The notes under the pieces: generated by a model
Told to the model about the DNA's origin: nothing
The model's input: only the letters and a program-made list of their open reading frames with translations
Database searches by the model: none
From: Candidatus Thorarchaeota archaeon SMTZ1-45
GTDB lineage: Archaea > Asgardarchaeota > Thorarchaeia > Thorarchaeales > Thorarchaeaceae
NCBI GenBank assembly: GCA_001563335.1
Contig: LRSL01000031.1
Span: 1 to 55,693, forward strand
Length of the DNA: 55,693 nucleotides
Direction of reading: 5' to 3'
Shown: in pieces, positions 28,211 through 37,865 of the stretch
Numbering within the stretch: position 1 is the stretch's first letter
How the letters are laid out: every line of letters begins with the position of its first letter
Made by a program: the position numbers and the translations under genes

Positions 28211-29617
28211 GTGATTGAAGTCATGAGGAAAATTGGATGGGAGATCATTGCTACAATTTTCATAGCAATTATGGTTACTACTTCACTCATCCTCTTGATC
28301 AGTTTTCAGAACTTACCTATGGCTGTGCTTGTAATTTTCATTGGAAGCTATATACTGATTTCCACTGAGAAGATAAACCGAACTGCAATGTCACTGCTGG
28401 GTGTGGCATTAGTCGGTTTCGTTCTGTATGTCGGTCAAGTGGTACAAAATCCTCTTGGAGTTAGTTTTGCAGAGCTCATAGAGCATGTTGAGTGGGACAC
28501 AATCATTTTCATCATAGCAATGAGTATCATTGTGTCGGTGGCGGCGGCATCAGGTATTTTCCAATATATCGCCCTCAGAATAGCAGCTAGAAGTGAGGGT
28601 GACCCCAAACAACTCTTCATAGTATTCTTGGTTTTTATTTCAGGAATTAGTCTCTTCTTCGATACAGTGTCTACAATGTTGATTGCTGCACCTCTCACAA
28701 TAGAGATTTGCAAGGCTTTAGAGATTGATTTCAAACCATTTCTCGTAGCTGAAGCAATAGTGTGTAATTTCTCCTCTATTCCATCGGTTGTTGGTGCAGT
28801 ACCAAATCTTGTAATAGCTGGGGAAACAGAATTGGATGTGGGATTCCTGTTCATAACATTCATGCCTCTTTCAATAATCTTGTTTCTTGTCAGTTTGCCC
28901 ATCTTTCTAAGGTGGTATAGTTCATCATTTGGAGTCACTGATGAACATCGAGTGGATGCAGTCTTTTCAATCGATCCAGCAACTATGATAAAAGACAGAT
29001 GGGATTTCAACATCTCAGCAGCTGCAATTGTATTTCTGGTGATTGGTTTTGCGCTAGGACCAAGTTTGAGAGTGGGGGGAATGGAGAAGGGATTGACGCC
29101 TCCAATGGTCGCACTCATCATCGCAGGATTCTTGCTATTATTAGCACATGAGAGAGCCAATGAATTTTTGAATAGAATCGGTTGGCCTACTGTGTTCTTC
29201 CTGGTTGGACTCTTCGGACTTGTTGGCGCCTTGGATATCACTGGATGGATTAATTTCTTGGCAGATGTTTTTAATGCTATAATTGGCGATAACCCAATCC
29301 TTCAAACAGTCTTTTTGGTCTGGATTCCAGCCATGCTGTCAGCATTCCTTGATAATCTCCCTGTATCATTGGTCCTTGCACCCATCGCGGAGATATTTGG
29401 GAATCCGCTAGCACTGGTTTTTGCAGTGAATGTTGGAGGATATATCTTCACACCACTGGGTTCACCAGCCAATATGGTGGCCATTGGTCTTTCAGAGCAA
29501 CAACATGATCCAATTCCATTCATTGAATTCATCAAGATAGGAACACTTCTTGGAATGATACATCTGGCAATAGGTAGTGGTTATCTGATTCTTCTTCAGT
29601 TTCTTTTTGGCATCTGA
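28211..29617 (+). CDS. ArsB/NhaD/SLC13 (IT superfamily) permease, paralog 1
   Basis: TEKINRT, VEWDTI, SAFLDNLP and TPLGSPAN; about 13 TM helices. Confidence 0.85.
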   Translation: MIEVMRKIGWEIIATIFIAIMVTTSLILLISFQNLPMAVLVIFIGSYILISTEKINRTAMSLLGVALVGFVLYVGQVVQNPLGVSFAELIEHVEWDTIIFIIAMSIIVSVAAASGIFQYIALRIAARSEGDPKQLFIVFLVFISGISLFFDTVSTMLIAAPLTIEICKALEIDFKPFLVAEAIVCNFSSIPSVVGAVPNLVIAGETELDVGFLFITFMPLSIILFLVSLPIFLRWYSSSFGVTDEHRVDAVFSIDPATMIKDRWDFNISAAAIVFLVIGFALGPSLRVGGMEKGLTPPMVALIIAGFLLLLAHERANEFLNRIGWPTVFFLVGLFGLVGALDITGWINFLADVFNAIIGDNPILQTVFLVWIPAMLSAFLDNLPVSLVLAPIAEIFGNPLALVFAVNVGGYIFTPLGSPANMVAIGLSEQQHDPIPFIEFIKIGTLLGMIHLAIGSGYLILLQFLFGI

Positions 29618-29623
29618 TTTTGA

Positions 29624-30916
29624 TTGGAGGTGAGGATGGTGGATGAAATATCTGGGATTATTTTGGCATTCTTTATTATCACCTATCTTCTAATCTCGAC
29701 CGGAAAAGTAAATCGTACTGCAATGTCATTACTTGGCCTTGGTGTTGCAGGAGCTATCTTATGGGCTGCAAATCAAAGTACGTTTGTCAATGTCATCAAT
29801 GATATTGAATGGCATACTATTCTCTTTCTTACATCAATACAAATCATCGTGGTCGTTGCAGCATCTTCAGGTATGTTTCAATATATATCAATAGAACTGG
29901 TGAAACCAACTCATGGTGACATCAAACGTCTATTCATTACACTAATGGCATTTGTATTCACGATTTCCTTGATTTTTGATACAACATCTACAATGATTGT
30001 CATGGTGCCAGTGACTGTTGAACTCTGCAAGGCACTTGATCTTGACTTTAGACCATTCTTGATTTCTGAGGCAATAATTTGTAATTTCGCATCCATTCCA
30101 TCAGTCATTGGATCAATACCGAATATCGTAATAGCAACGGAAGCCGTGCTAGATTCAAGCTTGATGTTCGTGACACTTATGCCAATAACGGTTTTACTGT
30201 TTGCAATCACGATTCCCATTCTTCTAAAATATTACAGAGATACTCTAGTACTGAGTGATGAGTATATTGTTGAAGAAATTATGATGGTTGACTCCAGCTT
30301 TATGATTCGATCAAAGAATGATTTCTATGCTTCACTCGTTGCTCTGACAGTTCTTGTTATTGGAATCACTGTAGGGCTTGGTCTTGGGTTGCGAACTAGT
30401 TTTGTGGCAATCATTCTAGCTTCTATTCTACTTATTTTCTGCAGAGAGCGTGTTGATGACATACTCAATAGGGTGAACTGGGCTTCAATTCTATTTCTTG
30501 TGGGTCTCTTTGGTCTTGTCGCAGCTCTGGGAGTCACAGGTATTATTCAGGAGTTCAGTTTGGGAGTTCAGGCATTGGTCAATTTGAGTGAGATATTAGG
30601 TGTGACCTTCATGACTTGGATTCCTGCAATTCTCTCGGGGGTCATAGACACAGTTCCTGTATCAGCACTACTTGCACCTGTTGCAGCCTCATTGGTTTCA
30701 AGTCCTATTTTTGCAATCACTCTTGTATATGCTGTTAATATTGGAGGTTTTCTGTTTCCTCTGGGAGCTCCTGGGAATATTATCATTATTGCTTATTCAA
30801 TAAAGGAAGGGAAGCCAATCAGACTTCTTGATTTCTTGAAGATAGCCACGCCTTTGGGTATAATTATGCTGGGATTGGGAAATGCTTGGCTGTTGATTAT
30901 GTCAGCATTCATATAA
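29624..30916 (+). CDS. ArsB/NhaD/SLC13 permease, paralog 2
   Basis: GKVNRT, IEWHTI, SGVIDTVP and PLGAPGN; multi-TM. Confidence 0.85.
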   Translation: MEVRMVDEISGIILAFFIITYLLISTGKVNRTAMSLLGLGVAGAILWAANQSTFVNVINDIEWHTILFLTSIQIIVVVAASSGMFQYISIELVKPTHGDIKRLFITLMAFVFTISLIFDTTSTMIVMVPVTVELCKALDLDFRPFLISEAIICNFASIPSVIGSIPNIVIATEAVLDSSLMFVTLMPITVLLFAITIPILLKYYRDTLVLSDEYIVEEIMMVDSSFMIRSKNDFYASLVALTVLVIGITVGLGLGLRTSFVAIILASILLIFCRERVDDILNRVNWASILFLVGLFGLVAALGVTGIIQEFSLGVQALVNLSEILGVTFMTWIPAILSGVIDTVPVSALLAPVAASLVSSPIFAITLVYAVNIGGFLFPLGAPGNIIIIAYSIKEGKPIRLLDFLKIATPLGIIMLGLGNAWLLIMSAFI

Positions 30917-31045
30917 TTAGGACAAATTGACGCTAGTTTCCATTTATCAAGCTAGTCGAGCTAATAGATGGTTTGCTAGGAATAAAGATATGTATCTATA
31001 TCAAAGTCAAATTAGGTCATATAGAAACAACTGAGAAAAAAGACA

Positions 31046-32371
31046 ATGCAGGAACCAGTTGGCACACTCGTATTACTTGTTTTCATTGGAACATATCTCA
31101 TGATCTCCAGTGAAAGAGTTAATCGTGCCGCAATGTCCATGGTGGGAATGGGAATTGTGGGATTAGTTCTATGGGTGTCTTTCACGACCTCAGGGGGAAC
31201 AATGGGAGCTACATTTTCCACTCTAGTGGAACATATAGAATGGGGAACTATTCTTTTCCTAATTGGGATGATGGGAATTGTTTCTGTAGCTCGCAACTCA
31301 GGAATGTTCCAATATATTGCATTAACTCTTGTCAAGCCCACAGGGGGTAATACCAAACGTCTATTCACAGTATTCATAGTCTTTGTTTTTGTGATATCTC
31401 TGGTTTTTGATACTACTTCTACAATATTGATTATGGGTCCATTAACAATAGAGGTCTGCAATGCACTTGAGATTGACTTCAAACCCTTTCTGATCTCAGA
31501 AGCTATCGTAGCCAATTTTGCTTCAATACCGTCAATTGTAGGCGCAGTTCCAAACCTTGTGATCGCAAATAAGATACTAGAAGAAGGTGTGACTGGATTT
31601 GATGCGTCTATCCTTTTTGTGACAATGATGCCCCTCTCTATCATATTATTGTTGATTTCGCTACCTCTGTTTTATAAAATGTTTAAGGATAAGCTACCAG
31701 ATTCAGAAGAAGAAGTACGGGAGGAGGTCTTTGTGGTTTCTCCTGTGCATATGATCAGATCTAGAAATGATTTCTATCTCTCTCTGGCTGCAATTGGGAT
31801 TCTTGTTTTAGCATTCACATGGGGACAGGGGTCTGGACTTGAACCACCTCTTGTTGCCATTATTGTGGCATTCTTTGTTCTACTTATGACCAGAGAGAGA
31901 GTGGAGGACATATTATCAAAGATTAATTGGAATACTGTGTTCTTCTTAATTGGAATTTTCGGACTTGTTGGTGCTCTGGAGATTGTCTTATTCATTTTTG
32001 ATGTCGGTGAGTTAGTAAAAGATATTGTATCTGAGAACACTGGAATCGCTGTAGCATTTCTCGTTTGGGTTCCGGCAGCACTTTCAGCGGTCATTGATAA
32101 CATCCCAGTATCAGTAGTTCTAGCACCCATAGCAGCAAGTCTAGCAGCTTCTTACACACCAGTTTTTCCAGCAATCCTCATATTCGCAGTGAACGTAGGA
32201 GGTTATGTTCTACCCATTGGTGCTCCAGCAAATATCCTTGCGATGGCATTATCTGAAGAACAACACGAGAGGATTAGTTTCAAGGATTTCTTAAAGATAG
32301 CAACTCCTTTGGCCATTCTCCATCTACTCATTGGAACGGGCTGGCTCTTTTTCATGTCGTTAATACTCTAG
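31046..32371 (+). CDS. ArsB/NhaD/SLC13 permease, paralog 3
   Basis: SERVNRA, IEWGTI, SAVIDNIP and PIGAPAN; multi-TM. Confidence 0.85.
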   Translation: MQEPVGTLVLLVFIGTYLMISSERVNRAAMSMVGMGIVGLVLWVSFTTSGGTMGATFSTLVEHIEWGTILFLIGMMGIVSVARNSGMFQYIALTLVKPTGGNTKRLFTVFIVFVFVISLVFDTTSTILIMGPLTIEVCNALEIDFKPFLISEAIVANFASIPSIVGAVPNLVIANKILEEGVTGFDASILFVTMMPLSIILLLISLPLFYKMFKDKLPDSEEEVREEVFVVSPVHMIRSRNDFYLSLAAIGILVLAFTWGQGSGLEPPLVAIIVAFFVLLMTRERVEDILSKINWNTVFFLIGIFGLVGALEIVLFIFDVGELVKDIVSENTGIAVAFLVWVPAALSAVIDNIPVSVVLAPIAASLAASYTPVFPAILIFAVNVGGYVLPIGAPANILAMALSEEQHERISFKDFLKIATPLAILHLLIGTGWLFFMSLIL

Positions 32372-32393
32372 AGCCTCGCAGCTTATCTTGTTC

Positions 32394-32465
32394 AAAAAAC
32401 GGGTGGCGTCTGCCCCCGTTAATCGGGCCGCCGGGAGGACGACACCGCGGAAACAGGACGCCAAA
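32394..32465 (-). ncRNA. Candidate GC-rich structured small RNA
   Basis: A 58-nt very GC-rich island (32405-32462) folds by hand into a long hairpin with several G-U pairs on the minus strand. It is followed by U6 and preceded about 25 nt upstream by TATTTAAT. Confidence 0.5.
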
Positions 32466-32577
32466 CTATCTATACATCATTTGATTAAATAGGTTTAGTT
32501 ATTGTCAACAGCATGTGCCAAATGCGCATCCGTATCTTTATACGGACTGGTTTGACCGGAATTTTGTTCATATTTAG

Positions 32578-33093
32578 TTGAGGTTTCAAAAATTGCCAAA
32601 ACGTGCCAGATGTCCCTATTGTGACCGATTATTCAATCGGGATGTGCTGGATGCACACGTTGAGAAGTGCAGAACTCAAGAACAAGTGGGTAATAATTTA
32701 GAACTACGCTCACAGAAACGGAAAATTGTAGTTGATGGGAATAATGTCGCATATCATTTGACGCCACAGGAAAGACCACAGGCTCAAAATCTCGCTTTGG
32801 CGTATTATAGTCTTACAGCTTCAGGTTTTGATCCTATTTTTGTTGTATCTGCAGCATTAGACCACACTATCGATAGTCCAAGTTCACTTGATTCATTCAT
32901 GATGAGTGCAACTGTGATTAAGGCGCCTCAAGGTACAAATGATGATTTGAAGATAATCCAATTGGCCAAGAAACTAGGTGTGGAAATAGTATCAAATGAC
33001 CGATTCTTGGATTGGATAGACAAATTCCCTTGGCTTACTTCTCGACTTAGGAGGTTTCGAATGACTCCATCAGGATTGATACTAACCATGTGA
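32578..33093 (+). CDS. Zc3h12a/Regnase-like NYN (PIN-fold) ribonuclease with N-terminal C2HC zinc finger
   Basis: CPYC-x11-HVEKC finger; IVVDGNNVAY, NDDLKII and IVSNDRFLDW catalytic motifs. The start may be TTG 32593 (GAGGT RBS). Confidence 0.8.
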   Translation: MRFQKLPKRARCPYCDRLFNRDVLDAHVEKCRTQEQVGNNLELRSQKRKIVVDGNNVAYHLTPQERPQAQNLALAYYSLTASGFDPIFVVSAALDHTIDSPSSLDSFMMSATVIKAPQGTNDDLKIIQLAKKLGVEIVSNDRFLDWIDKFPWLTSRLRRFRMTPSGLILTM

Positions 33094-33182
33094 CTTGACT
33101 CAAATCATGTATTCTTCGAAACGATTAAAATCAATCATGATTTGGCTCTTAACACAATACTATGATTGCAATAGGGTGAAGT

Positions 33183-34958
33183 ATGATGCTAGCGCAAGAA
33201 CTGAGAGAGATTTACCTGAAGTTCTTCAAAGAGAGAGGACACTCAGTGATTGCCTCAGCATCACTATTTCCAGAGGATGATCCTACTGTTCTGTTCACAT
33301 CAGCAGGAATGCATCCACTAGTTCCATATTTATTGGGTCAACCGCATCCCGAAGGAAAACGCCTGACTAATGTCCAGAAATGCGTTCGAACAACTGATAT
33401 CGATGAAGTTGGTGATACTACACATCTCACATTCTTTGAGATGTTAGGCAATTGGAGTTTAGGAGACTATTGGAAGAAAGAGGCAATCACATGGAGCTAC
33501 GAGTTTCTGACCTCAAAGAAATGGCTTGGATTCGACCCAGACAAGTTGTCAGTCACTGTCTTTGCAGGCGATAAGGACTCTCCAAGAGATGACGAGGCTG
33601 CAGATGCTTGGCGCAGCGTCGGAATACCAGACGAGAGAATTTACTTCCTCAGTAAGGAGGACAATTGGTGGATTGCTGGGAATACTGGTCCATGTGGTCC
33701 TTGTACAGAAATGTTCATTGAAGTGGATGAGATAGCTAGATGTGGTTCAGATTGTCGACCAGGATGTAACTGCGGGCATTTTGTTGAAGTATGGAATGAC
33801 GTCTTCATGAGCTATCGAAAACTCGAGGATGGTTCTTATGAACCTCTGAAGATGAACAGTATTGACACTGGAATGGGTGTCGAGAGAACTCTAGCAATGA
33901 TCCAGGGAGTCCCAACTGTGTTCGATACCGAGTTTTTCATTCCTCTGATTGAGCATGTCAAGGAACTGTCAAGCAGAGAGGAGTTCACTGAGGAGGACAA
34001 TCGACTCATTCGGATAATCGTCGATCATGTAAGGTCAGCGGTTATGATTATGGCAGATGACAGAAAAATCGGACCCTCGAACGTTGAGCAGGGATATATT
34101 GTACGACGTCTGCTCAGAAAGGCGATTCATAGTGCAGATAGACTCGGTATAGGTCAAGGTTTCATGAATAGTCTTGCAGAGATTGTCATTGAAATGTTCA
34201 AGAACCTCTACGGAGAGGTGGAGCGAAACAAGGAATTCGTCATGACTAGTCTTACTGCAGAAGAGGCGAAATTTAGGAAGACTCTAAACAAAGCTCTTCG
34301 GAGATTTGAGAGAATCTACGAGGAAACGGGAAACATCACTGGTGAGGATGCATTCCTCCTCTTCACAAGTTTTGGATTGCCATTAGAGATGACGAGAGAG
34401 CTTGCAGAAGAGAAGGGCATCGAGATCGACATGAATGAATTCACTAGACAGTTTGAGGAGCATCGAGAGATATCAAGAACTGCTACTCAAGGCAAGTTCA
34501 AAGGAGGTCTTGCTGAACATACCGAGCAAATCGTTAAACTTCATACAGCCACGCACTTGCTTCAAGCAGCTCTCAGAAAAGTCCTCGGAGATGAGATAAC
34601 TCAAAATGGGAGTAACATAACTGAAGAGCGACTAAGATTTGATTTCACATTCTCAAGAAAACTAACTCAGGAAGAGATTGAGGAGGTTGAAAACTTAGTG
34701 AATGAAGTAATTAGTCAGGACTTGGAAGTCACTCAGGAATTCCTTCCTTACGATGAGGCAATTGGGAAGGGAGCTCTCGCATTTTTCAAAGAGAATTATG
34801 GTGAAACTGTATCTGTTTACTCCGTTGGAGAGTTTAGTATGGAACTCTGTGGAGGACCGCATGTAAAGCATACTGGGGTTCTGGGAAAGTTCAGAATTAC
34901 TAAACAGAAGAGTATTGGTGCAGGACTAATGAGGATAAGAGCCATTATAGAGGACTAG
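33183..34958 (+). CDS. alaS: Alanine--tRNA ligase (short form, no C-Ala domain)
   Basis: DPTVLFTSAGM, QKCVRT, HLTFFEMLGNWS, GPCGPCTE, IDTGMGVER, and editing motifs HTATHLL and ELCGGPHV. Confidence 0.95.
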   Translation: MMLAQELREIYLKFFKERGHSVIASASLFPEDDPTVLFTSAGMHPLVPYLLGQPHPEGKRLTNVQKCVRTTDIDEVGDTTHLTFFEMLGNWSLGDYWKKEAITWSYEFLTSKKWLGFDPDKLSVTVFAGDKDSPRDDEAADAWRSVGIPDERIYFLSKEDNWWIAGNTGPCGPCTEMFIEVDEIARCGSDCRPGCNCGHFVEVWNDVFMSYRKLEDGSYEPLKMNSIDTGMGVERTLAMIQGVPTVFDTEFFIPLIEHVKELSSREEFTEEDNRLIRIIVDHVRSAVMIMADDRKIGPSNVEQGYIVRRLLRKAIHSADRLGIGQGFMNSLAEIVIEMFKNLYGEVERNKEFVMTSLTAEEAKFRKTLNKALRRFERIYEETGNITGEDAFLLFTSFGLPLEMTRELAEEKGIEIDMNEFTRQFEEHREISRTATQGKFKGGLAEHTEQIVKLHTATHLLQAALRKVLGDEITQNGSNITEERLRFDFTFSRKLTQEEIEEVENLVNEVISQDLEVTQEFLPYDEAIGKGALAFFKENYGETVSVYSVGEFSMELCGGPHVKHTGVLGKFRITKQKSIGAGLMRIRAIIED

Positions 34959-35053
34959 ATTGCTAAGGGTTCTTATGTGAGTTTCACAATCAAAAAAAAG
35001 TAACCTTCATCGTTAATTGCATAAAGATGAGCCATTACGGGAAATAAGACTAA

Positions 35054-35728
35054 ATGGTGAAAAACATGGGTACATTTTCTAGATTCTTTGGGTCAGGTGA
35101 TAAAAAACTACAGCAACATGCTGATGAATTACTTCTTGAAATAAGTAAGGGACTTCAATCAGCCAGTGCGAAATTATGTGTTGGGACTAAAAAGTGGGTG
35201 GATGGAGACATCGAGGTCCTAGAAGAGATCAAGGATGAGATTATAGAACTCGAAAGGAAAATGGATACAAAGAAGGAAGAGCTGATAGAGAATGTTCTTG
35301 CAAAGCATGCATACCTTCCTCAACATACTCAGGAACGTCATAAGCTTGTTAGGCTTATGGATAGTGTAATTGACACAAGTGAACATGCAGTGCGTATTAT
35401 GTGGTTAGGAAGGAGTATGAAACCCCCCAAGGATATTGAGAAGCTGGGGAAGATGTGTTGGACCTGCACAGATCTTCTTCAGGATGCAGTAAAATATCTC
35501 TATAGTGATTTCGAGAAGTGTGTTGAGTATACCAGAAAAGTAGACAAGGTTCGAGAAGAAACTAGAGACCTCCAATTCAAGATACTTGAAGATCTATACA
35601 AAGAAAAGAAATACTCAGCTCGCGAAATTCATCTGTTTGCAGAAGCATCACATTGGATAGTTAAAGTAGCTGTTCAAGCTGAGGACACAGGAGACTTCCT
35701 TCGAGAGCTCGCTGTCAAGTACTCCTAA
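35054..35728 (+). CDS. DUF47 / PhoU-like phosphate transport regulator
   Basis: Helical protein with IELERKMD...LMDSVID...AEDTGD, directly upstream of a PiT transporter. Confidence 0.8.
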   Translation: MVKNMGTFSRFFGSGDKKLQQHADELLLEISKGLQSASAKLCVGTKKWVDGDIEVLEEIKDEIIELERKMDTKKEELIENVLAKHAYLPQHTQERHKLVRLMDSVIDTSEHAVRIMWLGRSMKPPKDIEKLGKMCWTCTDLLQDAVKYLYSDFEKCVEYTRKVDKVREETRDLQFKILEDLYKEKKYSAREIHLFAEASHWIVKVAVQAEDTGDFLRELAVKYS

Positions 35729-35745
35729 TAGGAGGACATTATTCA

Positions 35746-36774
35746 TTGGACCCGCTACTGCTACTAGCTGTACTCGTCATTGGCTTCATTGTTGCATTTG
35801 CTATTGGTGGCAATGATGAAGCAATGAGTCCTGCAGTGGGAGCTCGTATCTTTTCTTTGAACACAGCTGTCATATTAGGTGGCTTCTTGAGTGTTGCAGG
35901 AGCTGTGACGCTTGGTGGTGGTGTATCTGAAAAAGTGGGTTCTGATTTAGTATCTCAACAAACTATGACTCCTGCCATGGTCTTTGCAGTTCTCGTTTCT
36001 ATGGCTATATGGTTACTAATAGCATCGATAACAAAGGGACTTCCGATAAGCACCACCCAGTGTATAGTTGGATCTGTTATCGGAGTGGCTATTGCAGCTC
36101 CATTTCTTGGTGAACTTGGTTGGGGAATCGAAATCGTATCATGGTCAGTCGTAATTGAGATTTTTGCAGGTTGGATAATTTCTCCTGTGATAGGATTCCT
36201 GATTGCTGCAGCTGTTTTTTGGTTGGTTAGAAGGTTTCAATCGCGAGCAACTGGTCTCGCAGGACTTGAGAAACAAGAGCAAGTTGCATCGTATGGACTA
36301 GCACTCTTTCTAATCATCACAAGTTTGAGTAGAGGTGGAAATGATGTTGCTAATGCTGTTGCACCCTTAGTTTCACTACCAGATTTTGATGCTGTCATTA
36401 GTTTGGGTCCATTTCTTCTCCCTGGGATTGTGATTCCTTTGTTTGTTGGAGGTCTAGGAATGGCTATCGGTTTAATTGTGGTTGGTAGAAAAGTCATCAG
36501 AGTACTTGCAACAGAGGTTGTAACATTAACACCAACTTCAGCTTTGGCTGCATCAATTTCTGTGGCTCTTGTGATGTTTGTTGGAACATACTTTGGATTT
36601 CCACTTAGCGGCACCCATGTTTTAGTAGCTGCTTTGATTGCTGTAGGATGGGTTGCTCAGACTCCTGTTCAGACAAATCAGGTAAAGGAGATCCTAATAT
36701 CTTGGGTGATTACTGTACCAATATCAGCAATCTTTGGAGTCATTATTTTTGCAGTCATAACTCCATTCTTCTAA
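35746..36774 (+). CDS. pit: Inorganic phosphate transporter (PiT family)
   Basis: GGNDE and GGNDVANA signatures, GLPISTT and GFPLSGTH. Confidence 0.9.
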   Translation: MDPLLLLAVLVIGFIVAFAIGGNDEAMSPAVGARIFSLNTAVILGGFLSVAGAVTLGGGVSEKVGSDLVSQQTMTPAMVFAVLVSMAIWLLIASITKGLPISTTQCIVGSVIGVAIAAPFLGELGWGIEIVSWSVVIEIFAGWIISPVIGFLIAAAVFWLVRRFQSRATGLAGLEKQEQVASYGLALFLIITSLSRGGNDVANAVAPLVSLPDFDAVISLGPFLLPGIVIPLFVGGLGMAIGLIVVGRKVIRVLATEVVTLTPTSALAASISVALVMFVGTYFGFPLSGTHVLVAALIAVGWVAQTPVQTNQVKEILISWVITVPISAIFGVIIFAVITPFF

Positions 36775-36821
36775 AATGTTGAACTGATAGACTATAGCAA
36801 GAACGAAAAGTAGGGAGTGTT

Positions 36822-37568
36822 CTACAGTTCAGGTATTCTATGAATTAGAACAAATTCTTTTGCGAGTTTTCCGAGGTGTTCGGCCTCATTTATCGAAAGA
36901 TGTACCCGATGACCTGAGTCAGGTGATGAAGTTTCTTTCTGTGTTGCCTCTATAATTGCTAAATCTGCATCACGAACAATAGATTCAACGCTAGGACATA
37001 AACGGGTATCGCCCGTATAACCTACGATAGTTTCGCCAATTTGCACCCTGAATCCTAAAGCGGGTTCCAAAACTCCTGCACCTTGGTCAAATTCAAGTGA
37101 GAAGTGTTCAACCTCAAAGGAATTTATTTTGAAGAAATCAGTATCAAATCCTGAGTCTTGCGAGAGTTCGTGATACCAGATTTTGTAGGGGAGTGTCTTG
37201 CTATATAGATCCCGATATCCTTTGATTATGCTAATCACCTCTGAGCATCCAGCAGGAATCAAGATGTTAAGGGGATTGGTTCGTCCCATCATTCGCAGGA
37301 ATCCAAAGAGGGAATAGAGCCCACCTACATGATCAAAATGCCCATGTGAAACTGCAATGGGGTCAATATCATGAACAAAGTCAAGTTTACTAGATACCAA
37401 CAGGTCTCTGAGAACACCATCCCCTACATCAAGCAACATCATCTTGCCTGTGAACTTCGAAGTCAATAGTATTGTAGTGCTGACTCCTGCAGCGCTGAAT
37501 AGAACCTTTACTTCAACTTCATCATTTTCCCATTTCGATTTGAACTCATCACTATTCAAGTAATTCAA
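36822..37568 (-). CDS. MBL-fold hydrolase (RNase Z-like)
   Basis: LLDVGDG, SHGHFDHVGG, YTGDT, IIEAT, HLS and LIH. Confidence 0.8.
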   Translation of the reverse strand: MNYLNSDEFKSKWENDEVEVKVLFSAAGVSTTILLTSKFTGKMMLLDVGDGVLRDLLVSSKLDFVHDIDPIAVSHGHFDHVGGLYSLFGFLRMMGRTNPLNILIPAGCSEVISIIKGYRDLYSKTLPYKIWYHELSQDSGFDTDFFKINSFEVEHFSLEFDQGAGVLEPALGFRVQIGETIVGYTGDTRLCPSVESIVRDADLAIIEATQKETSSPDSGHRVHLSINEAEHLGKLAKEFVLIHRIPEL

Positions 37569-37865
37569 TCTCTGTCAGTCTTGTGAAGAAAAATTGAGTC
37601 AATAAATATATTGAATGAATAATGAAGCCCTATATGTTGGGAGAATTCAGTCCACAATCGATCATCCATAGAAACATCCTAAAAGCTCTAAATAAAACAT
37701 CTAAAACTCAACTGAAAGAAAGTAGATGGTCAATCAATACTATTTCGTTTTCGAAAATCTAATGAACTCGCAATGATTCAAATGGCAGAAAAAACCGACC
37801 AAAAACGACTTATATCGCCGTATCATCATGATATTCAATTTTCGCATCCGCGTGAGGTTATCGTG

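Noticed and set aside
28435-32130. Long antisense ORFs (28435-29241, 31012-31644, 31774-32130 and others) opposite the permease genes
   Set aside because: Shadow ORFs typical of the reverse strand of hydrophobic membrane-protein genes, with no recognisable motifs. The same applies to those opposite the pit, NSS and ABC permease genes.
32405-32462. GC-rich hairpin as a tRNA, SECIS or H/ACA RNA
   Set aside because: It has no TpsiC, D or anticodon arms, no clear tandem GA quartet or K-turn, and no adjacent in-frame UGA selenoprotein. Kept only as an unclassified ncRNA candidate.
37672-37710. Imperfect direct repeat AAACATC(C)TAAAA upstream of the NSS gene
   Set aside because: Short, A-rich and only two copies; could be a regulator site but is not distinguishable from background.
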